Notes: a model not told the origin generated them from the letters alone. A stretch of DNA of 64,000 bases from Puccinia triticina (GCA_026914245.1 CP110440.1:3534001-3598000), one strand, 5' to 3'. Positions 48,580 to 61,900 are shown, numbered from the stretch's first letter. Numbers and translations are program-made.

Positions 48580-49359
48580 CATTCGCACCCGGACGGACAT
48601 CTGCACCCACCCGCCTCGCCGACCACGCCCGTCGGCCCGAGGGGCTCCCTGGTTCCTTTCCAAATCCACCGAGGTAAGTTCTTTTTTGTCTCTTTCCTCC
48701 CATCTCCTCAAAACCCACCACGCACAAATCGAAGAGAGACCCAAGACGACGATGCCCTGCTGATCGATTGATCCTCCTCCCATCCAGACCCACGGACGCT
48801 CGCTCTTGGGCCCATTCGACAGCCACTGGTGAGTTCCTCCCCTTTTTTCTACCCGGTGCTGCGCCCTGGCCGGTTAAGGCGGCGCTGTCTTCCAGCCAGG
48901 GCGTTGTGGAGCTGGGTGTCCCCTGGCGGCGTTGTTGGTGTATGCCCGGCTCCCACCGGGGCCCTTGCCCGCAGGCCCATCGGTCTGATCAACCAATCCT
49001 TCCCCCTTCGGACCCACGGACAGGCCCGCCGGAAGGTACACCCGCCGCCATCCATCATCCGACTCGCATCACGTTGAGTCGGTCTTTTCTACTCAAGAGG
49101 GTCGGCTAAAAACACATAAGAATAGATGCGCTTTGGATAAAGTACATATCTGCCTTGAAGGCCGTCTGGCTTTCGGGCTGCCTCCGGATGAGCCTGAGCG
49201 GCCCAAACCCGAGCTCGACGAGGTCGCATTACCTCACGTTGCTCTCCTCCGACCACACACCGCAAACCAAGAATGCCCAATCTGCGTAAGTCATCTCATC
49301 CTACAATTCAAGCCACCCGGAGGAGGAGAACTGAGAAGGACTGTTCTTCATATTGTGGA

Positions 49360-49476
49360 CAGACCAAGCGATCAGCAAGCTGCGTTCCTGCAAACACCTG
49401 CTGGAGTCAGAACTGAAGAGCCTATACGAGCTGGTCCGGAGCATCCTAGTCGAAGAGCCCAACATCCAACCCGTAG
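49360..49476 (+). pseudogene. PP2A-related (Sit4/Ppe1/PP6- or PP4-like) phosphatase N-terminal fragment
   Basis: DQAISKLRSCKHLLESELKSLYELVRSILVEEPNIQPV matches the N-terminal helix region (..L.EE.N.QPV). No catalytic motifs follow. Confidence 0.65.
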
Positions 49477-50769
49477 TATCCACCCCTCCGGCCACCCATC
49501 ACCCACTCGGTACTTCGATAAACCAGCGCGATTTTGCCAAGCTTTTCTCACTCAATGGACAACCGGGGGGGCAAACATAACACTGGGCAGATCCACCCCT
49601 CTGGCCACCCATTGCCCACTGGGTACTTCAATAAACGGGGCAGCAGAGATAAGGGGTATTATTCCCCACCTCCAAATGAATCCTTTCAACAACAAATTCC
49701 CTGGGATTTCCCATTTGCACGCACACCACCATGGCCCGTCATTTGGGTAGTATGTCATGTAGATGGCATTTTTGAGCTGTTTGGATCATTTAGATTCCAG
49801 TTCTAAGTGGGCTAAGGTTTCTGACCAGCCAAAAAAAAGTTTGATTTTGTTTGGGTCTGAAATTACGGACATTGGCCTAACTACATACTGTAAAGCCATA
49901 CATACCAGCTTACATATGCTAAACCCATACGTATGGGGGTATTGCACCTATAAGTCCATAGATATTGCACCTCCAATCAACATTGGAGGCCCCCCAAGCA
50001 ACATCAGAGCACCTCCAATGGCCCTGAGATGACCCACCTGGGCAATTGGGGGCCCTCATGGCAAACATGGAGTGTAATACATATGTACACCGTGATCCCA
50101 ACCCGTCCCAACCCCCTTTCCAACTGATTTTGGCCATATAAAATTGGGAAAAAACAAAAAAAACCGGCCCTAAAATTCCGGACGGGGGTCCCCCAGGGGT
50201 ATTTCTTGTACAGTAGGATGCCTTGCGCAACTGTAGTCTAAGATGAGCGGTGTGCACCTGACCCTTGTGTCCAACGCACGTCCGCCACTATGACAACCAC
50301 AAGCATCAGAAAACAACCAGAACAACCAAGACAAACACCACGCAACACTTCACAATCAAACTAAAAATGGGAAAGGAACATCCTGATGTGGAGATAATCT
50401 GCGGAGACAACCAAAAGAGGGAAAGGAGGGGTGGAGAAAAAAAAAAGAAAACAATGTTGGAGAAAGAACTAGCGGAAATAATTTGATGGGGCAGAGCGGA
50501 AAAGAGCGGAGTAAAGTAAATGGAGGCTGTGCAGAGGACTGAGGATCTGGGGTGGGTGGTTTCATATGGCTGAGGCAGAGTTTTTTTGGAGGACTTTTGA
50601 TGTCCGTGAAGCCCTGTACCGGTCTGGCTACCACACCCAAAGTAACACAAATTGAGAAGATGTGCTCCTGCAAAGGAGAAGAGGTCCTGTTTTTGACTCC
50701 AATAATCCTCAAAGATTACCCAAAGATCCACACTGGAAGTAACACAAATTGAGAAGATGTGCTCCTGCA

Positions 50770-51560
50770 AAGGAGAATTTCCTACAAAGGCAATCTGCCA
50801 AAACCTTCTCTACGGTGCTCCAAATGGCCCCAAATTTTTTCTGCCATAAGAACACACTTTCTAAAACATATTACTGTAACAATAACGGCTTAAAAACCGT
50901 TACATTACTGTTATTGGTAACATAACTACCCACCACTGCCGCTTATAGAAGGTGTTCCTGATGTGCAATACCTCTATGGAGCTCAAAGTATTTTCTAGAT
51001 AGTGGATTCATATGGAAAAAAACATCTGGGGGTGTTTGGAGCACCATAGATAAGGATTTGGTGGATTGCCTTTGTAGGGAATCCGCAAAATCACCCCCCC
51101 TGGCTACACAAGGTGTCTCTGAGGTGTGCCAATGCCATGAGACTCAACATATGATTTAAAGAGTATATCTTTATGGCAGAAAATATTTGTGGCAGCTTGG
51201 AGCACCATAGAGAAGGTTTTGGCGGATTGCCTTTGTAGGAAATCCGCTAAATCACCCCCTGGCTACACAAGGTGTCCCTGAGGTGTGCTAATTCCGTGAA
51301 GCCAAAAATATTCTCTAGATAGTTTATTAGTTTTGCAGAAAAGATTTTGGAGTGTTTTGAGCACTGTAGCTAAGTATTCCGGGGATTTCCTATTAAGGAA
51401 ATCCGCCCAATTAACCCCCTGTTCCTCAAGGCCTTCCTGATTTTTTCTACTACTGTAAATCTCAAACTATTTTACAGATAGTGTATCTAGAAAGGTGTAA
51501 AATTTTGGGAGCGTTTGGCTGCTCCAGTGAGGAGATATGAAAATTTCTCTATTTTCTGGG
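50770..51560. repeat. ~160-bp tandem units plus one inverted unit, probably transposon subterminal repeats
   Basis: (g)gagcac(c/t)(a/g)tag recurs at ~51039, ~51199 and ~51359, with an inverted partner at ~50780-50825. Confidence 0.7.
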
Positions 51561-51999
51561 ATTTTTTGTCAAATTAAAATCCCAACTCCTGTTTGGGATC
51601 ACAGAATTACAATTCCAACTCCCAAAACGCCCCCGGGTCAAAATTTGGTCATGAGGACCCGGGGGAGACATTCCAAAGCGGTCTGCGCGACGTAAACTCC
51701 ATTAGGGAGTCAATTTTTTAACTTATGGGAGTTGATTTCTCAACCCCCTAATTCTTAGGCTTGTAGCCAAAGAAAAATGTGCATTTTTCTTTGGCTAAAA
51801 GCAGAAGGAGCACTGGAGCTGGTTGGGCTGGAAGAGCTGAGTACATAGGAACCTCGCCACAAAACCTGGGCAGCGCAACCAATGGTTGTTACTCCCCCTT
51901 ACAGCAAGTTTTAAAGTTCAATTCCCACTGCCCCCATGCCCCATTTGGGGGTTAGGGGCCGGGGTTTAGGGGTTAGGGCTGTTTTTTTAAATACACTTG

Positions 52000-52695
52000 G
52001 CAAGGTTTATAGTACATTGTATCAAATATGTATTGGTATGTATTGGATACATATTAGTATGTATCAGATACATATTGGTATGCATTGGATATGTATCCAA
52101 TACAATGATAAATTGTATTGCTATGTATTGGTACAAATCAGATACATTGGTATGTATTGGTACATATTGGATACAGCAATACAATGTATTGCTATCAACA
52201 ATGTGCCTATACTATACTCTACTATAACCAGGCCTTTTTGTTATTGTATAGGTCTGGTTGTACCAACCTATACTAATAACTGTACTAGTATTGGCCCTTA
52301 CTGAAATTGGCCTTTATAGTATTCTGTGGTTTTTCTCTGAAACAAAAAATACAGGTATACATAGTAACTTTTTTTGCCCCTGGTTACCGCAATAACACAC
52401 TTAACCAGGTGTAAACATGAGGCAATGACATGTGGGCTCCTGATGATTGTCCAGGTGAAACATGCCACCTACCTGGTCATTGCGGCAATAGCAAGGGCTT
52501 ATTTAGGAACACCGGGTAGGTCTTGTTCTGTTGAGAGATTGTTCTCTGTGGCTCCAGACATGGTTGTATGTTCCCTTCAACTACTTCAAAATCCTTCAGC
52601 AGCCTTATGTGGCTTTGTGAGGATTTTTCCCTCTCAGGGGAATTTGCTGAGGCCAGAAAGGCTTTGGGTGCTCTGATTCCCAAGCCCAAGAAATA
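52000..52695 (+). mobile_element. hAT remnant: GTATTG/ATACAT-type short repeats and a dimerisation-domain fragment
   Basis: YLVIAAIARAYLGTPGRSCSVERLFSVA at ~52470-52555. Confidence 0.65.
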
Positions 52696-53392
52696 GATAG
52701 ATTTTCATCCCTACTGACACCAGGGGGGAAAGTGTGGCACTCTCTAAAGAGTGCCAGACCGTAATTTTGTCAGGCTCTGGGTTGGATGTCAGTTGAATGT
52801 TGGTGGTGCTCCCAGGAGCAAGTAATGGCTATGCTGATGCTGAACTCATTACAAACTGCAGGCTGGATGTGATGTTGAATGGATCATACTCCCAGTCTAA
52901 TCTCATGTGGGGATTGGGGCAAAGTTTTGGCTGTCCAACTGCATCACATGGTGTGTTTTTCTGTTTAACTGATAATCCCTCCCAAGCCTATCCAGAATTT
53001 ACTTCCCAGTTTCTCTCCATTGTACATCCTTTACAAGGTAGGAGTGTCAAATTTATGTCACCATGTGAGCAACTACTTGGAAGTGAAACCCAGGGTTTTC
53101 CACCCGCACTTTGGAGTATCATGCCATTCAGAATTCACTACTTCACTGAATGCATGTTGCTGGTAACATTTGTGTTGGCTTGTAAAGCCCACGCATACTG
53201 AAGACTCCACAAAGGTTTCACATTACATTTTACTCATTCATCATCCAATGCGTACTTAGGCGGATTTGTCCCCTCCTCAATCTGGCTTGGCAGAGAATTT
53301 GATCTCTCTGCCAACACTAGGTCAGCCTTGTTTCCAATTATGTTTTCTTCCCTTTCTTCCTAGTTTTAAGAAGTATTATCACAGGAGTTCTG

Positions 53393-54081
53393 GGCATTGA
53401 AGGGAGTGACAACTCCTCACAATGATCAGTCAGTACAGGTCATCAAGGGTAGTAACTCGCCTCAACGGCTGGTAAAGCTGCTCACCAAGTGGAGTTGTAA
53501 CTCCCTTCAATGACCAGCTATACCAGTCACTGAGGGGAGTTGCAACTTCCCCTGATGACCGGTACTGACTGGTCATTGAAGGGAGTTACAACTCCTGCCA
53601 ATGACCAGTAAAGCTGGGTCATCAATGCGGAGTTGTAACTCCCTTTGATGACCACCTGTACTGGTCATCAAGGAGAGTTGTAACTACCCTCAATGGCCAG
53701 TCAATCCTGGTCATCGGGGGGAGTTACAACTCCTGCCAACGACAGGTACAGCTGGGTCATGGAGAGGAGTTGCAACTCTCCTTGATGACTGGTACAGGTG
53801 GTCATTGAAGGGAGTTACAACTCCACATCAATGACCCAGCTGTACTAGTCATCCAGGGGATGGAACTCTCCTCAATGAATGGTACAGGTGGTCATCAAGA
53901 AGAGATACAACTCCCCTTGATGACCTGTACTTTACAGGGGACTGTCCACCCTGACGTTTGGCCAAAAATCAGGGTAGACATGTCACACAAGTGACAGTCC
54001 ATCACCACCTAGGTGATGTAATTCTCTTCAATGACCGCTGCAGCTGGCCATCAAGAGGAGACACAACTCCCCTCATTGAAA
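53393..54081. repeat. Array of 12-14 self-complementary units, period ~45 bp
   Basis: Consensus GGTCAT(T/C)..GGAG-TT(A/G)(C/T)AA-CTCC..(A/G)ATGACC with ~9-10 nt linkers. Confidence 0.85.
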
Positions 54082-54668
54082 TGTACTTTGCAGGGGAGTT
54101 TCCAGCCTGATGTTTGGCCAAAAATCATGGGATGTTTGGCCAAAAATCATGGTGGAAATGTCACACAAGTGACAGTCTACCTGTATACCAGCCCAACAAG
54201 AGGAATCCCCTCTTCGCAGTCTGGCATACATATACCAGCTTGCCAAGAGGGATCACTCTCAGCAGGCTGGTATACATATAAAAGCCCACCAAGGGGGCTC
54301 TGAGATTTCATGACATGGATTTTATTGAATCTTGGGCTTTATGAGGTTCAATTAAACCTCCATGAAATTAAAAACTATGCACTGGAACAGGCAGGATTTA
54401 CAACTTGAGCTCCTGCTGCACTTATCCGGCTAAAATTTGGGATCTGCTGTGATATTATTCTCTAGAAGAATGATGGTTGTCTCATCCACAAGCTGTTACA
54501 GTAACCCATGATGTGAGCCCAGAGCCAACTGAGCTATCAAATATGATTCAAGTTGAGCTGCACTCAAGTCATAAATTGGTCAAGGTGAAATTCCGCCCCA
54601 CTCACCTTATTAAGCTAGAGATGAGATCAGCTTTAGTTAGACACAACATCAACATTGGCTGAAGCTTA

Positions 54669-54818
54669 GGCCCCGTTTGGAGCCGATATAATCCGGGTGA
54701 TATATGAGTTTTTTTGCCTGACATCCTATGTGACATCTGATCAGGTCCGCCAAAACTTGATCAGATGTCACAAAATTCCAGATTATATCGCGCAATTATA
54801 TCGGCTCCAAACGGGGCC
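54669..54818. mobile_element. Tourist-like (PIF/Harbinger) MITE
   Basis: TTA|GGCCCCGTTTGGAGCCGATATAAT...ATTATATCGGCTCCAAACGGGGCC|TTA. Confidence 0.88.
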
Positions 54819-55623
54819 TTAGCCTTGAATTGCACACTCTACACAGTTGACATCTAGCAGGGTTCCAGAAAGAAATTATGGTCTGGCACTCTCTAGAGAG
54901 TGCCACACTTTCCCCCCTGGTGTGGGTAGTGGTACTGGCCACATCTGGCCAGTATAGTATTGAGATTTTTTTTTGTTTCTTCCTTCATTTGGACATATTA
55001 TTTTCAAAAAAAAAAAACCTCATGCAATTGGATATAGTATCAAAATTTCATTACGGAAAAATGGAAATAACAGTACTGTTATTGGACCAAAAAAATAGGG
55101 TCTTGGAAAAACGACTCCCAACTTTTGGGAAAACGACTCCCATACGTCGGCGCGACTGTTTTTCGACCAGCGCTCGACATCAACCTAGACCCTTTTTTTG
55201 GGAGTCGTCGACCCAAAATAATTTTTTTTGGGAGTCGTTGTGCTAATTTTTCGTATTGTTTTTTATTATTTTTAATATGTATAATTTTTTTGTCCCACGT
55301 ACTAGAGAACATAGGCTTGTTTATCTTCTTTTGTTGTCACACATTTTAGTGTATTACAGAAGCATTTGTTTTTTCATTGATTTAGATTCAACAATTAATT
55401 TTACATGTGAGTCAGGCATTAATGTCTCAAAGCAAATAAAAATCAATCTTCAATCAACGTGCCACAACAGATACCAAAACAAGAAATTAACAAAGGAGCC
55501 ATGCATATATCTATCTTGACCGTTTTCTTTAGCTAAGTGTTATATAAAAACAAAACGAAGAAGGAAATGCAAAGGAAGCAGAATGACATCATGTTTAGGC
55601 AAGAGGATATACAGCAACTGAGC

Positions 55624-57407
55624 TTAAACAGGAGATACAAGGATATCATCCGAGCCGATGGACGCGGCTGGAGCAGGACAAATCAAGTCGCCATTGCTGG
55701 TTACCAGCGGATCCACAACACGAGCCGGGGCGAAGGAAGCGTCACTCTTGGAGAGAGGAGGGGGTGGGTGAGCGGCAGAAGTGGCGACGGGAATGACGAG
55801 AGTTTCGAGGGATTGATTGGCTTGCTCCGAGGGCGCCGGGATGACCAGGGTTTCTTCTGACTCCGGGGGCACTTGGCTGACGTCCTCATTCGGGAGAGGG
55901 ATGGCTAATGCTGCCGAGTCGACACCTGCATAAACGATGGTAATCGAAGCTGGGGTCAGTTCGTCATCCTTGTCCTGTGTTCGGGCCCAAAGAAGGGAGA
56001 TGGGGCATACTACTCAACTGAGACGATCAGAAGATACACTCTCAACATCGGTGTTCATAATCTCGTCAGTCATCTCCACATCCTCACAGCCGTCGTCGGT
56101 TTGGTTTTTGGTTGCGCTTTCGAGATGGGCGAGATGCTGGGCAGACCAGGCTTCGGTTTTGAAGCGGTCGAGTTGATCGAGCTGAGCCTCGACAGCTTTG
56201 ATGAGCCGTTTCCTCCAGCTCTTGACCTTCGGGTTGCCTCTGGAGAGGATTGCGTCGGCCTTGATCTGGAGCTGGGTGAGGCCCTCTTCGAAGGCCTGGA
56301 CGGAGCGGTTGACGGGGTGGTTGAAGGCCAGCTTGGTCGACGAGGGCGTTGGACTGTCGGACTGCTCGGGCGAGGCCACGAACTTGAGGTCGAACAGAGC
56401 CGGATAGGTGAACTCGCTCTTCAGCTTGTCGAATGTCAGTTCGAGCTCAGCCAGATGCTTCAAGGATTGATGCGCCCGGAACTGCTGTTGAATCAGACGA
56501 GCAGCTGCATCCTGCTCTTCGGGCGAATGCTTGGGCGGTTGGGGACTCGGCGTCCTCCGGCGAGCGGCCGAAGGCGGCGGCGAAGAAGTGGCGAGGACAG
56601 GTATTGATGGGTCCTGTGTGGGATCGAGTACATAGAAATCGCTGTCATGGTCCGATTCGCTCGCCAGCGGCTGGTCCAGTTGTGCAGGGGCTGGAGACGG
56701 CGTCCGATGTGCCCTGATCATCGAATTCGTCAGGATCCCCGGGTACTTCGTCTGCATCTTCTTCGCCCAGGATATCGGCACAACACACTGTCTTCCGTCT
56801 GGGAGCGTTACCTCGACTTTCATCTCTTCCTCCGGCACGGATTGTCCGAGCTGCCTCATCTTGGCTTCAGCCAGCCTTCGGGCTCTTTCGGCGCGCAAGG
56901 AGTCCTGCTAATTGTTGCAATTCAAAAGTCAGTTCAACGATCGTGAACTTGCCGCGTGTATGCAGAAAGTTTGACTCTTACCTCGGTGTAGTTCGGAGGC
57001 CCATGATGCAATGAGGCTCGGCGACATGGATGGCCATAAGGAAACCGGTTCTGCAGTGCATCCCGATCCAGCTTGTGCTGACGCAATTGATGTAGTGGAT
57101 GGGAGGAGTTGTAGCCTAAGCTATGAGGATGGCTCTCGAGGGCATCTCGGTCTAGCTGCTGCTGGCGCAAATGGCGCAGTGGATGAATGTTGGGGGCCTG
57201 ATAGCGGTCGTGATAGCCCAATTCTTGGGGATGGAACAAGTCGGCGGACTCGCGATGGGGGTGGTGGGAGTGGGAGTAAGGACGGCGGGGATAGCTATCA
57301 TAGGGATCTGGGCAGAAGGGGGATGGGTGTTGGTCGAGGAAATCGAAGAGGGGGGCCTGGCCGTAGCCCGAGGGCTGTTGGTGACGAGGGTAGAAGAAGG
57401 ATGACAT
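55624..57407 (-). CDS. BAG-domain Hsp70 co-chaperone with IQ motif; 3 exons
   Basis: IQ-like AARLIQQQFRAH precedes BAG-like VQAFEEGLTQLQIKADAILSRGNPKVKSWRKRLIKAVEAQLDQLD. The N-terminus is His/Pro-rich. The last intron (GTTGAG donor) is less certain. Confidence 0.78.
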
Positions 57408-57733
57408 TTTCCTGGGAGCTGAGGCTTATGGTTGGTGCAAATGCTTTGTCTGGATGTCTTGCGTGGATGGGCGGCGGCGTGCGAGAGGGCATACCCTTTA
57501 ATAGCAGTTCGACGATTTCTTTGGCTACCGAAACGAGGCTCGGCGCGGAGCAGCCCGTGCTTACCGAACATTCTACCGATTTCTGGAACGGCACCGGCCT
57601 TTGCGAGAGCAGTCTGGAAAGTTCACACCGGGGGACCGAGCGGGGACGACGGTCGGGGCTCTCGGATTTCGGGCCACCCGCCGGTCGACTCTTCTTCGGT
57701 CACCGGTGTGCTTTTACCAAGGGCACTCGAGCC

Positions 57734-58487
57734 CGAACTTAACACAAGTCCCTCCCTGTGCTCGCGGGGCGCGAGCACCCTCCCGCTTGCGGGAGGGACT
57801 TGTGCCTAATGTCCCAAATTTGGCTTGAGGCTGCCCAGCCATTTGTCCAAAATTCCCTTCAAACCCACCTATCACCGTATACCCTTCTGATTTCTTCACA
57901 GCCTCGAGTACCATTAGAATCAGCTTTCATTTCTACATAATATCATGTATTCAGCACAATACCTACCCCCATCCCCTCAAAGAGAAATTGATGTAAAAAA
58001 CCCCACTTTAGAGCCTATCCGGCCTGGTGTAGACCGGATAGCGCGTCCGGCCTAGTCACATGAAAATAAGGTTGGACATCTCTACCGCAAGCTGCCTGCA
58101 TGGGATGGCACTCTTTGAGAGACCAGTCATTTTTAAGTTAATACCAAACAAACCCGTGAGAGCATGTCCAACGGCGACCTTCGGATGATCCGATGGCTTG
58201 TTCACATTGCTCAAGAAGAGCCCTCGCAAGAATGGCCGCTGAGCGGTCAGTGATGAATGGATTTACTTGAAAAAACTTGTACAAGATAGCTAAGATCAAG
58301 GCCTACAAACTGGCACATGAGGCATGGAAATTGAAGCCAAAAGAGGGGAGTAAAAAGAGATGTAATTTCAAAAAACATGATTTTCTCTGTAAAACCCCGT
58401 CAGCCTCAGGCCAAGCATGGGACTTTAGTCCTAAGCCTCTCCTTCGGAGACGCTTCGCGCCTCCTCGGAGAGGCTTAGTTAAGCTCG
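57734..58487. mobile_element. Hairpin-ended non-autonomous DNA element, copy 3
   Basis: Ends are CGAACTTAAC and GTTAAGCTCG, with an exact 9-bp TSD ACTCGAGCC (57725-57733, 58488-58496). Confidence 0.9.
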
Positions 58488-58968
58488 ACTCGAGCCCAGC
58501 ACAGAGCACCACCGTGTGTTCAGAAAACACACTCTTCTGCCCCTGGTTCCGGGAAACAGCCCGCAGCTCAATAAGGGACTGCTCAGGCTCTCGCTCTTCA
58601 TAGCTTGCTCGGACAAAAAGCACCTTAGCCCTCTCTGACTGCTCAATATGTATGTATCATTTTGGAAGAAAGAATCCATATTAATCATTGCGGCTCAGGT
58701 ATATGTAAAAGACCACAGGAGGGCTGAAGTCAAAGGTAATAAATGATTCATCATTGCACACACATGTGACATCACCGGGGTGCTATAGAAGGAAATACTT
58801 CAATCTCCAGTCAATGAGCCCAAAAACCTATAAAACAGTTATGAAAATGAAACTATAAAAGAAGGTGATCAAGAGAGAAGGGGTCACACTTTTAAGAATA
58901 GAGGAGTTGAACATGAGGATTGAGAAGAAAGTAGAAAATATAAACATTCAAACTGCGCACTGCAGAAA

Positions 58969-61900
58969 TCAACTGCTGGGACTAGATTGTGCAAGCAGTT
59001 CTTGGACAGACTTTGTCCGGGGATTTCTGCGCCTTTCTGGGTCCGGGGCGCGTAACTTGTTGGTCAGACCCTGTTTGAAAACTGCTGGGACAACCTTGTT
59101 CAATTTTTCCATATTTGCGGTGTTTGATGTTTTTGTTTCTGAAAAAAACCTGATCAAAGACTGTTTTCCACGTGAATTGAATTTTGGCTTGAGGACTTCA
59201 GTTACAGTATCCCAGAAATCTTGGTCATCCTTGAAAGACTGCTTGAATACCACACTTTGATGATTCTTGCACCAATAACCAATCAAAGCAGTGGATAATC
59301 TGATGAGTTCTTCTGAATTTGGCTGCGAGGAACTCAGCCAATCAATTAGCAATTTTTGGATTTCAGAGAAATCCCGGGAGCTGGGAGGTTCTTGAAGGAA
59401 ATTTCTATTTTTAACCTTGAAATTTCCAAAGATTGGTAATATGTTTATGGTTTGTCCCATCATTAAATCATCTAGCCATTCATAAAAAAACTTTCTGTAG
59501 ATTTTTCCATCCCATGCACTACTCTTTGATTCAAATGTATCTTCCAAACCTATGAAGCAAGCTTTCACATAAACCATCAACCGTTTGAACCGAGTTAAAA
59601 ATCTGCTGTTTTCAAGAAGCTTCCTGTTATTATAAGTGACTACAGCAGATCCCCAAGATGCATCTTCTTCTTCATCATAGACAAGGTTCCTTACTACAAC
59701 TGCAAGGTCTTCAAGGTGGAACTTTTTAAGTTTTTTATTGGCTTTGACTTCAGTCAGAATATTTTCAAGATCTTGAAGAAGTTTCTCTTCTTCTTTATCA
59801 AATGTGATGTGATACAAAACTCTGGGGTCTTGGGGCTTCAATTGATTGGGGAAGAAACTCAATGGCGGAATTCTGAAGTTTCCAACTTGAGTAAAATTAT
59901 CTTCATGGATTTCAACTGGTTTGCGGAACTCTAATTTTGATTTGATCCCATTGTATATTAATCTTCTGAATGACTTATCCAAATCATCACCAAGACCATC
60001 AAGCCACTTGAAAACATCAATTCTGGATGTTCCATAGTATACTTTAGTGATCAACATGCATAATTCAAATGCTTCATTTGAATTTGCTTCATGGGAAAGG
60101 TAAGTAGATAGTCCGGCTTGAATTGGTCCAAAGTCCATCCCTTCTTCAACATGGTCAATAGATCCAATAACTGGCAGTTCATTTTCTCCTGGATTGAAAG
60201 CCTGGTCAAATAGCCAATCTACAAGCTTATGGTGAGCTTCATATTCATCTTGGTAATTGCTTTCAATTCCATGAATGCTGGTGAGTACAGACTTATTGAT
60301 CAATATAAGCCACTCAACCAATCTGATAAACATGTCAAAAATTTGTCTTTTCCCTTTAATAGACAAAGAATCATGAGTTGCAGTCTCATTATTTGTAACT
60401 TTTAAAACCCTGATTGCATATTGTTTGGTGGGTTGATTCCAAATTAATCTGACAGGATATTTTTCCATTGAATCCAATTTGATGACTTCTCCCCATCTCA
60501 AACTGGGAGGCATACATGAAAGTTTTTCACGGAACCTATTAATGAATAAATCCAAGTATTCATCATTCATTTGGATTTTGTTTCTTGGATAATGTGTTTT
60601 ATTCAAGTATTCCTCTATCTCTTCATCTGAGATTGTTTTCAGGTTTTTCATAGCTTTAGCATGATTTTTTTTGTGTTGATCAAAATATTCTTGTTTTTTG
60701 TTTTCTGATCTACCTGTTTTAATTGGTTCATCATGAATCATCATGTCTTGCAAATCGCTTTCATTATGCTCATCATCCACATGGCTTTCTACACCCTCAG
60801 AGTGTGGATCTGCTTCAAGAGCTTGGATTTGAATGTCATCTCCAGGGAAAAACAAATCCGAATCTTGCTTCCAACCTGGTTGATCCAAAAATTTAAACAG
60901 TGCTTGCCATGCAGTATGAGGATTGCTGGATCCCAAGGTATTTTCTAGTAACTTGGATATTTCAATCTTGTTGATAATTGACTCCTCCATTTCATCTGAT
61001 ATTTTATTGCCCATGCTACCTCCAAAAACAGCTTCATGAAATTTATCAACTTCATGGGAGTTTATCATTTCTTCCAATCCTTCTGAGAATCCTTTTATAA
61101 CCTTGCCAGAATCAGATGCTTTATTTTCATCTAAAGTTTTCTCTTGGTGGTCATTGCCTCCAACCAAATCATTTAATTTGTGGTGGTCAATGATGGCTAT
61201 TGAATCCATTATGGGATTATTATTGGCTTTCTTATCAACTTGAATAGGATCATGCATTGTAGAAATTCCCCATGTCAAATTATCTGTGATAAAAAAGGAA
61301 TGATATTTTCAGATATATCTCTTCAGGCAAATTTTTATTTGATATTTCCCACTCACTTTGATCCTCATTGTTATCTTGATGTTTGGAGTATTGATGAGAA
61401 TTTGTATGATCTTGAATTTTCATGTAATCTTTTCCAGGTAAATCCAAGTCTGAATCTGCCTTCCATTCCGATTGATCCAACAATGTGATCCATTGATCAT
61501 AAAGATCTTTTGAGCCCAAATTCAATTGAGGTTCTGAAAGCCTGTACATCTCAGGGTCTTCGTTGATGAAATCCATTCTTGTATGGTGAATGGCAGGGGA
61601 CATGGATGTCTCATGAATGTTGTTATCAGTAGATAAGCCGCATGGGTAGGGGCTTGGTTGTGAATTACCTTGACTGCCATGTTGTTCTGCCCTTGGCCTC
61701 TTGAACCCGTCTGGCAGCAAAGTATTTGGTGCCTCCCCTGATTTCAACAGAATTAGACTGAGAACACGGATGAAGTTTGAAGATAGGAAAAAAATAGATG
61801 AAAAGAGTTCTCTTACATTGAGTGTTACTATGACAGCTAAGATGACAGGGTCGGCAGGTTTCAACTTGATTCTCCGGGGGGCGCTTCCGACTGAATTGTT

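Larger units (their letters stand above)
52718..54922. mobile_element. Non-autonomous TIR element containing a hairpin array
   Basis: ~43-bp TIR CACCAGGGGGGAAAGTGTGGCACTCTCTARAGAGTGCCAGACC at both ends; no TSD evident. Confidence 0.75.

Noticed and set aside
51945..51980. Telomere or interstitial telomeric repeat
   Set aside because: Only about three irregular TTAGGG-like units next to a transposon remnant.
53393..54081. CRISPR array
   Set aside because: Eukaryotic context, no cas genes, degenerate repeats and short, mutually similar linkers instead of unique spacers.
61280..61360. Frameshift or pseudogene in the large secreted protein
   Set aside because: A canonical GTGAGT...CACAG intron joins the two ORFs in frame.
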